Shown piece by piece: positions 26,101 to 39,520 of a stretch of 64,000 bases of DNA (positions are counted from its first letter, which is position 1; the number at the start of each line of letters is the position of its first letter). A program made the position numbers and the translations under genes. The notes under the pieces were generated by a model. It worked only from the letters and a program-made list of their open reading frames with translations, had not been told where the DNA came from and did no database searches. Source of the DNA: Sphagnum compactum (lineage: Eukaryota); the NCBI GenBank assembly GCA_965153455.1, contig OZ234493.1, positions 28,014,213-28,078,212 on the forward strand. Direction: 5' to 3'.

Positions 26101-26307
26101 CCAACTACGCCCACTAGTGCTTCTTATGCAGACATCTCCTCTGCCGTCCTCGGCGCCGCTGCGGCCGCCTCCGCCTTCTCTCCAGTAACGAGCTTCCAAT
26201 GACTGCACCTTATTAAGGCAGACTCTGCTCTTCTGGTGTTCCACTCCAGAGGCTCGAGGACTACAAAAGAGTCCTCGCAGCCCTGCAGCTGCAACAAAAG
26301 CCTGCAT
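23170..26307 (-). CDS. CBM20 starch-binding domain protein with putative plastid transit peptide. Exons 26307-26044, 25877-25772, 25535-25381, 25119-24640, 23301-23170 (~378 aa). Without the last splice, exon 4 stops at 24589 (~351 aa)
   Basis: CBM20 KVKFQLHRECHFGEQYNVVGGDPQFGDWDPDAAIPLAWSKDHVWTVEM|DVPCGKTIEFKYILKGKEGEVKWQPGANLVL. GT-AG introns are in phase. Ala/Arg/Ser-rich N-terminus and acidic linker. The last exon is less certain than the first four. Confidence 0.82.
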
Positions 26308-28886
26308 TTCCCCTCTGCAAAAGCACAAAATCCTCTAAATCTTTTCTTCTTCTGAACCCAACTACTGTTCTGGCGACAACCCAGAATGAAGAGCTCCTCC
26401 GCAATTGCTTCCTGCTTCTACTCTTTTAAAGTAAAACTAGTATCCGGGCAATAACCCCGCTTCTGGACAACACACAACAACACCCTGCTGCCTGATAATT
26501 CTTCTACAAATTCTTGCAACATCTGCAATTCCACAATCTCATTGTTTTGCGGATAATTTCACAGTTTCAATATCCAAATGCAAACTTAGCTAATGGCGAT
26601 CCTTCTGTTTCTGTGGTCAATGCCCTTTGGAAATTCTGTTGAACGGGAGTGATCTAATGAGTTCAGGAATCATCGAACACGCGGTGGTCACGTGTCAGGC
26701 CGGAGGATGAAATATTCGTGAGGAATAGACGTCACTCTTTTACGGCTCATTTTCTTATTGGATCCGCAACCCAACAGTTTCACTGTAGTGATAAAAATCT
26801 TGATCAGCTACTGCTCTGTTTTCTTTTTCCTTCTGACAAGTGTTGCCTCTTCAAAAAAAAGATTAGTCTTGGAATCTTGAAATCATAGCGCTCCTCCTCA
26901 GTCCTAATACTCAGCTTTTAATCGTGACCTTTTACATAGCTTCAAATATATTTCTGAGCACATTTTGGGTTTCGGTGCTGAAAGTCCTATCCTATGATGT
27001 ATGTGTATATGGTTTTTGATATACACATTAGGTAGCTGTAAGAGTACATATAAAAAATATATACACTGCAAGTTTAAGTGTATAACTTTGGGTGTGCGCA
27101 TTTGTTTCGTCATGTGTAAAATAAGATAAGTGTAAATATCAAATCACAAAAAAATACACCTATACGATTTTACACATGATGTAAAATTGAATAAAATTGT
27201 CTAACATAATGTATAAAAAGAAACACAAAAACATACGTAATATTACATTTCTTTTTCTCTTGATAACAACCATGAAAGTGGAGTTTGTTCAACCAAAATA
27301 AAAAGGAAAAGAAATAGAAAGGGGTTTGAATGATAGGCACAAGAAAAGAAAAGGAAGGATGTTGGGAAGAGAAAAGATAGCGTCTTAAGTACGCACAAAT
27401 TAAGTATTACAAAAAAAAATTCATTGTGGTCTTGTGATGTCTTCCCTCCTTGTTCTTTTTTGTATAAATATTGTTTATAAGTGTAGTTGGTGGTGGTGTT
27501 GTCAACTTGTTTCAAATGAGTTTTCTATTCCTTAGTCTTCACTTTTTTGTTATGTTGCATTTTGCTTTTTTTATTGTTTTCAATTCATTTCATTTTAGTC
27601 TTGCAAAACTTGGTTTAAGATGAGTTCCCTTATGTTCTTTTTAATTTACAATTTTTTCACGTTGAAGTGGTGAGATTGTGATTATCTTGTAACTCCTAGT
27701 ATTGTTGCAAGCTTCATCAACAACTTATTTCAAACGAACTACCCTTTTTTTAAAAAGTTGTTGTGGTTGTGCTTTGTTTTTAAAAATCATACCATCAATG
27801 GAACATGTGAAGTGCAATACCTTCATTTTTCTACAAACCATAATCTCCAAGGATAATAAATATGCAATATCTTCATGCATTATGATTTACACTTACATTA
27901 TGAAATTATTTTCCACAACATCATGGAAGTGTCAATTTAAAAGCTTTGGCTTGTAAGTGTAAATGATTTACACAATCTCACTTTGTAAATTCATCCTTTC
28001 AAAATATAGAGTTTTCAATTGATCCTTGTCCAAGTAAATCAAAATATGTTTAAATGCATAAGTTTGAAAAATAATAATCCCTTAATCTCATTTGAAGCCA
28101 CCAAGTTTCCTAGTAAATACAATAAGAAATGAGGATGGGCAAAAGGAAATGAAACACAAGATCAAATAAAAACATTTATGAGGTTCCATGTGAACCATGG
28201 GTCAAAAAGTGGGGTCTTAAATGATGTGCATAAGTGGTTGCAAACTAGGGTGACTCATTTTCAATGGATACAACATTCTAAATATCCATATTTTAACACT
28301 AAAATGGAACAACCCCAATGTTAGTTGTGAATTATGCAATGATTAATGAATTTTAAAAGTCCATATGAAGAAAAACCCAACTAAACAATTTTTCAATACA
28401 TGTTAAGAGAAAATTAATTGAAATCCACCCAAAATGATGATGATGATAAGATTTTTTTAAAATATGGCCATTTTAGCCATTTAGAAGTCCATAATTTTTT
28501 TTTATAAATGTATTTTTTGCATCCAACATATGTTTGTCAAATAATTAATTCAAATTCAAATTTCCATGTTGAAAAATAAAATATTCCAAGGCCATCTAAA
28601 GCCAAGATAGCCTAAGTAACCAAGGTTCCAAGTGTGAGGACTTGAATTCCTCACCTCCATTTTGAGAAGTCAAGTCCTTACCATTTTACTACCATTTCAA
28701 AAGATGAATATTTTGTCAACATATTGTAATGAATTTCATTGATTTTTTTATGCACATATTGTAATATTAACCAATGAGCTTCAATTTTTTTACATTACTT
28801 ATTTAAAGAATAGGTGATGCCATGTACCTAGGTACCTACTAATAGGTACCATGTATGTACTTAGATAGCATGTAGGTACCTAGACC

Positions 28887-29026
28887 CACTAGTAGAAAAA
28901 CCCCATTGTTTGACTTGTCTTAGGCGACTAAAAGTGTCTTTTGTGATTATTTTTGATCAAAAATAGTCGTAAAAGACATTTTTAGTTACCTAAAACAAGT
29001 TGAAAAATGGGGTTTTTCGTCTAGTG
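28887..29026. mobile_element. 140-bp fully palindromic CACTA-type MITE with 3-bp TSD ACC
   Basis: CACTAGTAGAAAAACCCCATT...TTTTGA|TCAAAA...AATGGGGTTTTTCGTCTAGTG. The 70-bp arms differ at 12 positions. ACC at 28884-28886 and 29027-29029. Confidence 0.92.
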
Positions 29027-29555
29027 ACCTAATAGGCTACCTACATGCTACTAGTTTAATTTTAATTTTTAAAAATGATTAATAATCAATAATTATTGAT
29101 TATATAATATTAATTATTGATATTGGATACTTTAATATTAATGAATAATTATTTATCACTATTTAGTATTTATTTATTACCGATTAAGGATTATTTAATA
29201 TTATTCATTTATTATTGATTATTTACTATTACTTAGTAATCATTAAATATCGATTAATTATGTATCAAATTTAGGTACCTACACATGGCCAAAAATAACA
29301 TGTAGGTAACTTATTAAACCTTATGAATACCTATTAAGTGTAATATGCTTAACCGAACTTAACTATGAATTTAAGTTAGGTTTTAGGCCAAACAAAATTA
29401 TAGGTTAAGTAACCAAATTAGTACGGTTGATTTGATTAAATGTCAAATCAAAATAACCAATTTGACTAAGCCTTAGCCATTGAGTATGGTTGATTTGACT
29501 AGGCCTCGGTCATCTTGACAAACCTTTGTTCTTTTTTACTAGATGTTTGGTTTGT

Positions 29556-29649
29556 TATATGGACAAAAAGGTCTTTCTAGTCAATTGTTTCAATAAAAAA
29601 TAACTCGTGTTTTTCATGCCCTAAGTGTTTAGTCAAAATGGCCATCCCC
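29556..29649 (+). repeat. 94-bp direct repeat, copy 1 (left flank of solo LTR)
   Basis: Aligns without gaps to 30561-30654 with 6 mismatches. Confidence 0.92.
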
Positions 29650-29650
29650 T

Positions 29651-30560
29651 GCACTCCCAACTCCTTGAGGGACTCAAATGTGAATCCAAACAAAAAACAA
29701 TGGAAGAAGAAAGAGTTAGGGCACGCTCCCTGGCTCGCAGCACTTTGGAGGGGTAGAGGGGTGTGCTGGAGCTCCAGGATGGGACTAGGAAAAATGACAA
29801 GCATCAACTATTCACACAGACCTGCACAAAATCAACACAAAGTGGTTAGTGCATAGTTGGAGCACTTTTGGTGTTAGGACGAGTCACGAGCAACTCGGAC
29901 TCACAAGACTCACCATGGCCCGGACTTGGGGGAAGCCACCACCTTCCCCCTTATACTATACTATGTGCCTCTCCACGAAGCCCATATCCAAATGGCATTT
30001 TGTCCCGGGACTTCCAAATGGGAGTCCCGAAATTGCAAAAGTTGGGACTCTCACAACTTTGGGGCCTCATAACTTTGCAAGCAGACCTCCGATCGAGATA
30101 AGATTTGAAGCAAAGTTGTATCCCTTGTCGAGAGCTTTCCAATGGTATGTCTCACGCCACCTGCATACACCAAAGTCGAGTCGATTCCTGACTTTTAGTG
30201 GTCGGGAGTCAAATTGTCAATCTGACTTCCGACCCTTCTTTTGGCCATAACTTGTGATTTAAATGTCCAAATGGGGCATGCGAGCCCATTTTAAACATCT
30301 ACGTTCCAAGAGCTTTTCAATGATATAAAGAACTCTTCAAGCCATTGAGTTTTGACCCCTGAAATTGTCCTCTGAAGGTTTGGGAGTCCACTGGGACTCC
30401 ATCTCTCAAAGTGGGAGTTGCCTTGGGATCGTCAGGGTTCATTCCCTCACACTTTTTTACACTCCCGGGAGCATGTGATGTGACTCCTGGGTTTTCCTCT
30501 TGGCTTGCAACCTTGCAAACCCTTCGCCTTAGTCGCGAGCCCAAGGCTAGGGTTATGACA
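29651..30560 (-). mobile_element. Solo LTR (~910 bp), gypsy-related family
   Basis: Minus strand starts TGTCATAACCCTAGCCTT and shares GGGAGTCA..TTTGACTCCCGACCACTAAAAGTC and TATAAGGGGGAAGGTGGTGGCTTCCCCCAAGTCCGGGCC blocks with the LTRs at 53021 and 59150. It ends ...GGAGTTGGGAGTGC without the terminal GTCA. No PBS, PPT or internal domain adjacent. Confidence 0.88.
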
Positions 30561-30654
30561 TATGTGGACAAAAAGGTCTTTCTAGTCAATTGTTTCAGTC
30601 AAAAATAACTTGTGTTTTCCATGCCCTAAGTGTTTGGTCAAAATGGCCATCCCC
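30561..30654 (+). repeat. 94-bp direct repeat, copy 2 (right flank of solo LTR)
   Basis: Aligns to 29556-29649. Confidence 0.92.
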
Positions 30655-32849
30655 CTTACTCAATGTGAACATTTTAATCAAGTTGGACCTTCTAAAAGAT
30701 CACATTTTCTTATAATGTGAATTGTAGTTACAAAATTTTATCATGTTTCTAACATCGAGTTGGAAAAGGATTAAAGGAAAATTAAAACTACATGATGAGT
30801 ATAAACACAATGTAATGAGCCAATCACACCAAGGTTGAAGTCCATGGAAAAATTCGAGGTTTATGACAGTCAATACATGGTTTGTGAGTATTGGGTTAAC
30901 TTGGAAAAATGAGCTTCAAATTTTCTCCCTATGCACATAAACTCCAATCAATTTATTTTGAACAACAAGAATTTTTTGTTGCATGTGCAACCTATATCCT
31001 ATGCAGATTTAAGTTGTCATAGGTTTTGTTAGATCTTCCTTAAATCATAGGCTCCCCAACTACGTCACTTGATGTTTATCACTCAAATAGCTTGTCTTTC
31101 ACATTCATTGTGTTCGGCCAATCATTTCTCATTCAAGTAGCTTATGTTTTGCATTCATTGTGTCCTACAAGTTGTTTTACATTCTTTGAGTCCTATAAGT
31201 TATTTTATTTTCTCTTTTTTTCATGAATTGAAATGCTAGCAATGTTCCATCAAAGAAGCTTGCAATTATTTTTTCAAAAACCTTTAGCTCATAGCAAATC
31301 AACCCAAAGCCATTACATTGTGCTAAACACTTCAGGTATGCTTATTTTCTTCCTTTGTTTAGTCATTTTGCATCTTTCTTTTACAATAGAAGTTAGGATT
31401 TGACATGAATTTTAGCTCTAGAGTTCTTCTTATTACATCTTATGTTTAAGAAATGTTAGGTCTACAATGGAATTATGCAACTTTTTTTTTCTAAAACCTT
31501 GAGCTTGTAGCATTAACATAAATCATTATATATATTTTATTTCATGAGCATGTGGATGTGAGTAGGAGAAATATTTTGTAAAATATTCTTCCAAATATTC
31601 CTTAACACATTCACAGGATGTGGATGGACTTCTTTGACATGTCCCAAGATGTTGTCATGTTAAAGGAATATTCAAATACTCTTTTATAAGGACGAAAATT
31701 TTAACATGACAACCATGTCATAGTGTACATGTGAATTGTTCAAATTATTTGCATAATCTGAGAATTTTTTTAATTTTAAAGTGTGTTTGAATGACAAAGG
31801 AACAACACAATAAAAAAAGTTTTAAAATTCAAACATTTATGCTTCAACGAAGTTGTAATTAGCACATACTTCAATATGTAATAAAAATAAATATTAATGA
31901 TGTATAATGGTCATTTCAAAAGATGGACACATATCATCACATGCAAGATCTTGTTTTAAAAAGAATGTGACATGAATAAAGTAAGAAAATCTAGTGGTTA
32001 AAAATTGTTAAATGATAAAATATGTTACAACCCCAAATTCCTGAAAATCCATGTCATGCATATTACATTGTTGCAAGATTATTTACACTAACAACAAGAT
32101 TTTTTTATTTAATGGGTTTAGGAAACCTTATAGTGGAGGTGACTTATGACAACCAAAATACCATTAAAAAATAGGTGTCGTATTTACTGTAGGAGATCTC
32201 ATAAACAAATCAAAATGTTATGTGAACTACTTCAAACTGATATTGTCCAAACATTGGTTGTCCACAACAAATGCATCAGGTTCTCACATATAATAAAATC
32301 TACCATAATGTTTTAGCAAAAAAAATGAGATATATATTATTTCAACATATTGACTTTCCAAGAACCAATTTTTTTAAGTGATAAATTTCTTGGAGCAATG
32401 ATAAGGGAACTTATTTTAGCTAATATAACTTCATTAATTGTGAAACGCAAGTGTGCAAGAAAATAATAATATTTCTTCTTAATGAACATCTTGCAATTGT
32501 AATGAAAAAAGATCTTCTAATTGATTTGACTTCAATAAATTTTAAATGGTTATGGGAAGAAAAAATGTTTTAAAGGAGTGTTTTTCTTGTAATAATTTAT
32601 CATGTGAAGTTTTACAAGCTACCCACTCAGAATATTTTTCCTCTTTTACTATGAACATCCAAAGAGGAAAGCAAAACCACTTGCTTCATTTCATCTACAA
32701 ACACATCTAGATGGAGCCCAACACATTTATATTGAACTCCCCTAGACTTGGAGTTGTACCCGACTATTGATCAGAAAGAATTGGCAAGGGTTGATGCATA
32801 GTTCAAACTAAAAGTGGGGTACTACACATTAAGAATTGGCTTGTAGGAG

Positions 32850-34590
32850 TTTAAGATTTATGTGACGTGCAATAATTCAAATGTTCATACCAAAGTTCTT
32901 GAAAAGCTTGTGACAACTTCCTAGAAACAATCCATGGCCAATGCAACTAATTAATCAAAATTATAGAACACATTTTCAAAGGTAGTGTGACTACCTTTTG
33001 GGTATCCAAAATAGTATTCCTCCATCCTTAGTTGATATAATGACACGCTTATTGTGGCATGTAGTGGATGAACTAAAATTTGTGGGCTAACAAGTGGATG
33101 TATTTAATGAAATGAATGATGAAGGTTTTGAAAGGCAATGTTTGTTCAATGGCATGACTTGAAGGTTCAATGGTTAAAGACAATGTGTTGGAGGAAACTT
33201 TGGGACTTGTGACCAAATATTTTCATGAATTTGGACATGTATCCAAAATAATTTGGGACATAAATGAAGGAGTATTTGGAGAGATATTGGAAGGCATTCC
33301 TACAAAAGTTGTGCTTAATCCCATTTTATAAAATCTTGCACATAAATATGTGTTAATTAATATGAAAATTATGGGTCCATGCATATGGTGAGTTCTTTTC
33401 AACACCATTATTTGCATCTTAATTTAGTTTTTTGCAGCTCAACCCTGCAAGATTTAAAGTCAATGTGTTGATAAGGTAGAACCCAAAACCCAAGAAATGT
33501 TTCTTGTTCCATAAATTGTCTATGGGTTGAAATTATCATCAACTTGGATTTTGATTTACTTAGTTGCAAATGTAATTAAGTTTTAGCATTTTTTATTTTT
33601 CCAACTCAATTTTCAAATAATTCCAACACTTGATGTGCGATCTATCTTTACTAAAACCTTAGTTGTTTTTATATGTGCATTATCATGTTCCAATTTGTGT
33701 TGCCATGCATATTTTTTAGTGTATGCAAGCCTTTACCTTCATGGGTGGTATGGGTAGATGAATTTCTACCCATTTCATCCTAAATTATCTTGTGATTGTT
33801 GTAGGAAATACAATGATGAAAAGGTGTGCATTAAGGATGGGTGAATTAAATTTGAACGGGCTTGGCTATTAAACCCTTCCACATGTGACAAACCAATAGT
33901 ATCTCCACAAGACTAGCAAAAGATTGTTTAGATGACCAAGTGGTAAAGGGAAACCATTCAAACCCATCTTGTTGGTACACCAATTGATTCCGATTTGGTC
34001 CACCTTTGAGTTCCCCCTAATTCATAGCATTGCCATACAAAAAAATGAATGCATATGGTAACCACTTCTAAGTTGAAGATGAAAGCAACATATGTTGGTT
34101 ACATATGATTTTGACTTGGCATCTATTTTCCAAAAATGAAAGGGAGTGAGGACATTGTGCTTGGAATGATCCAATATGTTGGAATATTGAAGCAAAATTT
34201 GAAATTGGATTATGGTCCCATGTTTTCACCCATTATATTGTTTCATTGTAGTTGGGTGAAAAATGGGATTGACAATGAAGGCAACTACACATACAAACGA
34301 GATGATGCAAGTTTTTTATTTGAAAATCTTTGACATATATTGTATGAATTCAATGAACCTTTTGTTTTCCCTTCACAAGTTCAACATGTGTTTTTTTTGA
34401 ATGAGCCCAAGATGCCACTGTGGAAGGTTGTATTTCATTAAAATCCTAGAAGTCACAAAGTTGCAACAAACACATTTGATGATTGCATTGACACACATGA
34501 TCTTGTGTATGGACTAGAACCTCCACTAGAATTTCTAGATAAGAAAAGTAATAGTACATTGGTAGGTGCAATAAAATTGAATAAGGAGAG
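32850..34590 (+). pseudogene. Degraded CACTA (En/Spm) transposase, DUF4218/DUF4216-like regions
   Basis: Broken frames LLWHVVDEL..CG...KWMY...MKVLKG.V.SMA*LEGSMVK..VLEETLG, and YVGILKQNLKLDYG...IILFHCSWVK...EPFVFPSQVQHVFF...WKVV. Confidence 0.8.
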
Positions 34591-35879
34591 AAGGCTATTG
34601 GCTGCACAAGTTTTGCATGGTAGCTTGGGAATTGATGATGTGGTATGATGTAAATTATGAACTTTGGAAACAATGTAATCTTCCTCTATTCTAGTCCATG
34701 ACATTGAATCTATCAATTCATATTACAATACAAGTTAGTTTGACTTGATGTAGATTTTTAAACTATTTTTTTGGTTCATAATTTTATTATGATAGATTTA
34801 GTATTTAATCATTTTTGTATTCAAACATCTTTTTAGTAGTATTATTTTAAATAGATTTAGATAGATTTAAGATTTTCAATATTATTTATTTAAATAGATT
34901 TCAGTATTTAGACTTTTTTTGTAGTATTAATTTCAATATTTAAGAAGACATCTATTCTCCATCATATTTTTTCCATGGATAAATTTGTTGATGGTAGATT
35001 TTCAATTTTTTTAGAACATGAGTTCTTTGGTCATAACCATGTCACAATTTAGGGGTTAATATCATGTTTTAAAAATCATGGGCCATTTAGTTGTCTTCAT
35101 ATTAATGGAAATCGGGCATTTGATGGTAATGTTTAGATTAGAATAGTACTCAAGACAATGGCTAGACCCATTGCATTCATTTGAAATATTAATTTTTTTC
35201 CATGGACTTAATAGCAAAAAAGACCCATAGAAAATAACAAGAAAGACCCATGGACAAATATATTAAATTGGTAATATTTCATTTGATATTTTTGGTAATG
35301 CCACGTGTGGTGTATGTTGCTTTATACAATTGGCAAAATATATTTTCAATAGTTGCATAAAATACGAATGTAGTTGCACAAAGAACTAAGTTATCATCCA
35401 TCAAATGGTGTAAGCAATGTTGGATGAAATATCTCCAATTTTCATTTTCATTTTCAATGACAAGTTTAGTAGTTGTAACATGTAGTCTCAAAAATGACTA
35501 GGAGGTGGATGCACCCATACTTAAGTCGCATATTTCAATTGATATTTTTAATAATGCCACATGGGATGCAACTATCTATACTTGCAACTACATGGACACA
35601 TGGGACTAACACAGACATAGTCGCAAATGGAATTGGTTTGGATAGTAGTCGCTTAATAGTTGCAAAAACTTGGTCGCAATGGACAAGATTTTTTCTATTG
35701 TATGTACATTTCAGCAATGGTTGTATGTTATAAATCATGGATTTAATACAATCTCACTTCAACATATAGGTTTTGATGGGTCAATATGCATGCATTTTGT
35801 CTATTTAATGAAATTTTATTTAAGTCTTGTAGTGAACGTGTAATTGAGGGTTGTTCAACTGAACATTTGGTATATATTT

Positions 35880-36210
35880 TAAAACCCTAGAAATAATACT
35901 TTCTAAACCAAAGAAAAGTAAACTAGAAATGTAAACCCTAGGTAAATGCAACCCTAAAATTATTCTATAAACCTTAATCCTATTCCAAAAACCCTAACCC
36001 TAATAATTGATTGTGACCTATGACCATTAACTCCACATAGTTGCAAACCTAACCCTAACCTTAATTTGAAACCTTAACATCAATAAAAACCCTAACCCTA
36101 GTAATTGACTTTGACCATTGATTGTTGATTCTACATAATTGCAACCCTAACCCTAATTATTGATTTTGACCATTGATCATTGATTCAAAACAATTGCAAC
36201 CCTAACCTTA
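35880..36210. repeat. Degenerate telomere-like (ACCCTA[A]) motifs embedded in short tandem units
   Basis: Repeated AACCCTAACCCTAAT.ATTGA.TTTGACC..TGA..TTGCAACCCTAA units. Confidence 0.65.
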
Positions 36211-36569
36211 ATTGTTGACTTTTGAGCTTTGACAATTGCCTTGTCAAACTGAAACACATGTCAAAATTTGTTTAGTTCAAAAAGGTGAAATGTGTCATTT
36301 ATTCATTAAATTATCATTGAATAATTATTAATGAATGTTTTATGGGTGCAAAATATTTTACATTGGTGATGGGCTAAACATGTGGTCAATTCTCATTAGT
36401 TCATAAGACATTATATCTATATATATATATTCGGATGATTTAATTCTTATTAATTAGTTTAATTACAGTTGGCACCTTCTCCTTTGATAAATGCTTGCCA
36501 TGTGCAGCCACAACATTCGATTAAAATATTATTTCAATAATTTTAAACCAATGATGATTTACTTTGTTT

Positions 36570-36813
36570 GGTTAGTCATGACTATAATCACACTCATCAA
36601 TGCAATTGCAACTACAATCACACAAATTTACGATTAACTATATTACGATCGTGAATAGTAGTTAGGACTACAACCATGGCTAGCAAGTACATGGTAAAAG
36701 TGATGAGTTTAAATTGATTAAGGAGTCGTGCAGTTGCAAATAATTTCTAACAACACATACAACTGGAAATGTAGTCATATATGTAGTCATCAAACCAAAG
36801 ATTTGATGTAGTG
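36570..36813. mobile_element. Probable CACTA right terminus
   Basis: Ends ...ATTTGATGTAGTG (reverse complement CACTACATCAAAT) after clustered GACTA/TAGTC/GCAACT motifs. Partner end not identified. Confidence 0.4.
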
Positions 36814-37953
36814 CATTCAAGGTCCAATCAAGTCATCCAAAGTATGATTAACCCACTCTAGTTGAGGCCTTGGTCCAGTAAGACACTAGGATTGAGTGGT
36901 GAGGTTCTTACTAGAGTACAGAAAAATTAGTTGTGGCAAAAACCACCCCTTTTTTTGGCAGTGGTTTTAGTCAGGTATAAAGTTCCTACTCTTCATTTTT
37001 TGCAGCCGCAATATTTGCAGCTGGCCTCAGATATTGGTCTTCTTGACTGCAAATCTGAAATCAGACATTGCTTTTGACAAAACAAACCTTACTGCACCTA
37101 ATCAGATAATCTTCAGGGAGACTAACTGTCTATTGTGGGGGAAAGCTTGCTTGATAGAGACTGGGATTGTACATGGAACAAACTGCAATTACAGTTCATT
37201 GGAAAGGAATGCACTTTGTGCCCATCTTTTCCTATCTATCGCATTGATGTGGGCATATTGAATCTGGTTTGAAAATGCAAATTCCAGCCTTCCATATATG
37301 TGATGTGACCAACATTTTGAGGATTGATAAGAAGTGAGTGATTTTGGCAACTCTTCATGAATCCAACATGAATAAATTCATTGCACCGCACAATACATTG
37401 AAATCATGCTGATGATGTATTCCTACCAGAGCTTATTTAAGTGCTAATTCTTAACCACCAATCGGGACAAATATGCAATTTCACCTCTTGTGCCTGCATC
37501 ACAAGTGGAGGTGTCAATACATTGCAATGTTCATGGAGATTTTGTTGAACAGGCCTAAGGACCGAGGAATTCTAGGATGAGGAAACAACAGCATGGGACT
37601 AACCAAGGCCATGAGCACATGGGAATAAATTATATTGCCATTCAAACAGCATGTTTGACAATATTAACTCATAGGTTCAAGTTCACAGGCTTAAAATATG
37701 CCAATCATCTAGTTCAGGTGGTACCAAAACTAATGCATGCCTCGCTCCAATCCCAAATCGTGTTTTAGGAATGGTTCAGGTTATAACAAAACTTCAGATG
37801 AGGACCTGCACATCCAGCCAGAAAAATCTGTGTACCTCTTTCAAACTCCTCAAAACTTTTGAACTCCAATGTGAGTCTATGGAACATTTGCTATGTTCAT
37901 TTAAGCTTTCAAAGGTGTGAGAGAGGAGGAAAAAATAGAGTTTTGAAAAGACT

Positions 37954-39520
37954 TTAGTCTTGAAGATGGCCAAATTCCTCCTTCCAATGCTTCCCTGCCT
38001 CTTCAGGGGTATGAAACTCCCAAATGTGCTGCTGTGCTTGCTCCCGTTCTTGAAGTATTTCCTGCAACAAAGATACCCTTGCGTGATATCAAACTCCAGC
38101 ATAAAACCGGACATTATTTGGAACGAGTCATCCCCAAGTACAAAAACAGGATGCCAAACATAGTCCATGACTCAAAAACCTTCCACTAACAAGATATCAA
38201 GAAGCCATTGTATCCATGAAATTGTGCATAAATCTTCACAACAACCTGAAGGTAACATGACAATGACTGCAGTCATAACCTTATGAGAGTCACTCACAAA
38301 GTGTCAGACCATCCCCTTCACCAAAGTCTCTCACACTTCAGGGCAATAAAAAGCTACATAACAAATGAAACAAAGCAACAGTCAAAATAGTGGTCTGAAG
38401 AAGTCCTGTATATTACCTGGATCTGGAATTGAGGCTTAGTCTTAAGAGAGATGCAACCAAAGAGCTCTGTCCATTTGTGGCGACAATTATCAAAGGTTCC
38501 TTCGCGATAGTATTCTCTCATCTGGTACACAGGAGCTGCCAAAAAACCCATTAACAATGTCTTAGTTGCTCTTTGAAGCTATTTGTGAGATCTCAGCTAA
38601 GTGGATTGCAGGCTTACTTGAACAGAGATTCTCTTGCAAAGAGCACGGCTGAGGCTGCAAAGGTAAAAGCATGTCTCTATATTGTGCAACCACTTAGAAG
38701 TGCCCATGGCCAGTATGGGAGACAGTGATGCAATTGATGTTTGAAACCAATAGAACACCTAAGAAAACATTCTATCATCAGATCTGAGGTGACTGTCCTC
38801 TAATTTCCATACACAACAATTGTTGAACAATGAGTGTGGCTGGAAAGCCTAAACCTGTGAAACTCTACCTCAAAGGATCAGCGGTGTACCCTCTCAGCCA
38901 GGGAGAATTATGTTAGTATTCTTCCTGCATGAATCACTTGCACTACCAACTTATGGCCAGAACAAATCGGCACGAGTGTCCTATTTCAAGGTTACTCCCC
39001 TAGAATGCAGATATCTCTCTTGCACTCAGCAAGGAGCGCGAAAATACTCTGACAGAGTCGAATGGAGTCGGAGATTGGGAGTCTGCGGAAAGAGAATCGG
39101 TTGATTTCCACAGGTAAACGGCAAAAGATCTATGCAAAGCGTTGACAAGAAAAATAAATCTGAGCATTCCTCGACACAGCGGGGATCGTACGAGAAACCA
39201 ATTTGTCGCTCAACATGTTTCGAAAGAAGAGACAGAGAGATCTATCTCGCTAGAAACAGCAATTTACAACCAAGTTATGAGAAAAAGCAACAAGAATTTT
39301 CCACTTTGTCACGTCCCTTCCGTGGACACAAAGATGTGGACGAAAAGTTCGAGGAACTTCTCTGGATGTCAAAAGCAGACAAAACGAAAGTGGGGGGCGC
39401 CTTACAGTAGCAAAACCAGAGAGCGTCCACCTTAGGGATGCAGGAAATGGAGGCAGGCCGTTGCCGCTGCTGCTGGTGTCCTCGCACTCCCTCCTCCGTG
39501 ATCGCCATATCTTGGCTCAT
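37954..39520 (-). CDS. DUF3128 / Emi1-like small Cys-containing protein, ~113 aa, exons 39520-39406, 38535-38417, 38061-37954
   Basis: Spliced product: MSQDMAITEE...ISCIPKVDALWFCYSPVYQMREYYREGTFDNCRHKWTELFGCISLKTKPQFQIQEILQEREQAQQHIWEFHTPEEAGKHWKEEFGHLQD*. GT-AG introns in phase. Family motif DALWFCYSP..Q...YYR.G..D.C..KW....C..LK. Confidence 0.88.

Noticed and set aside
35880-36210. True interstitial telomere / chromosome fusion scar
   Set aside because: Only 1-3 consecutive degenerate CCCTAA units interleaved with other sequence inside a TE-like region.
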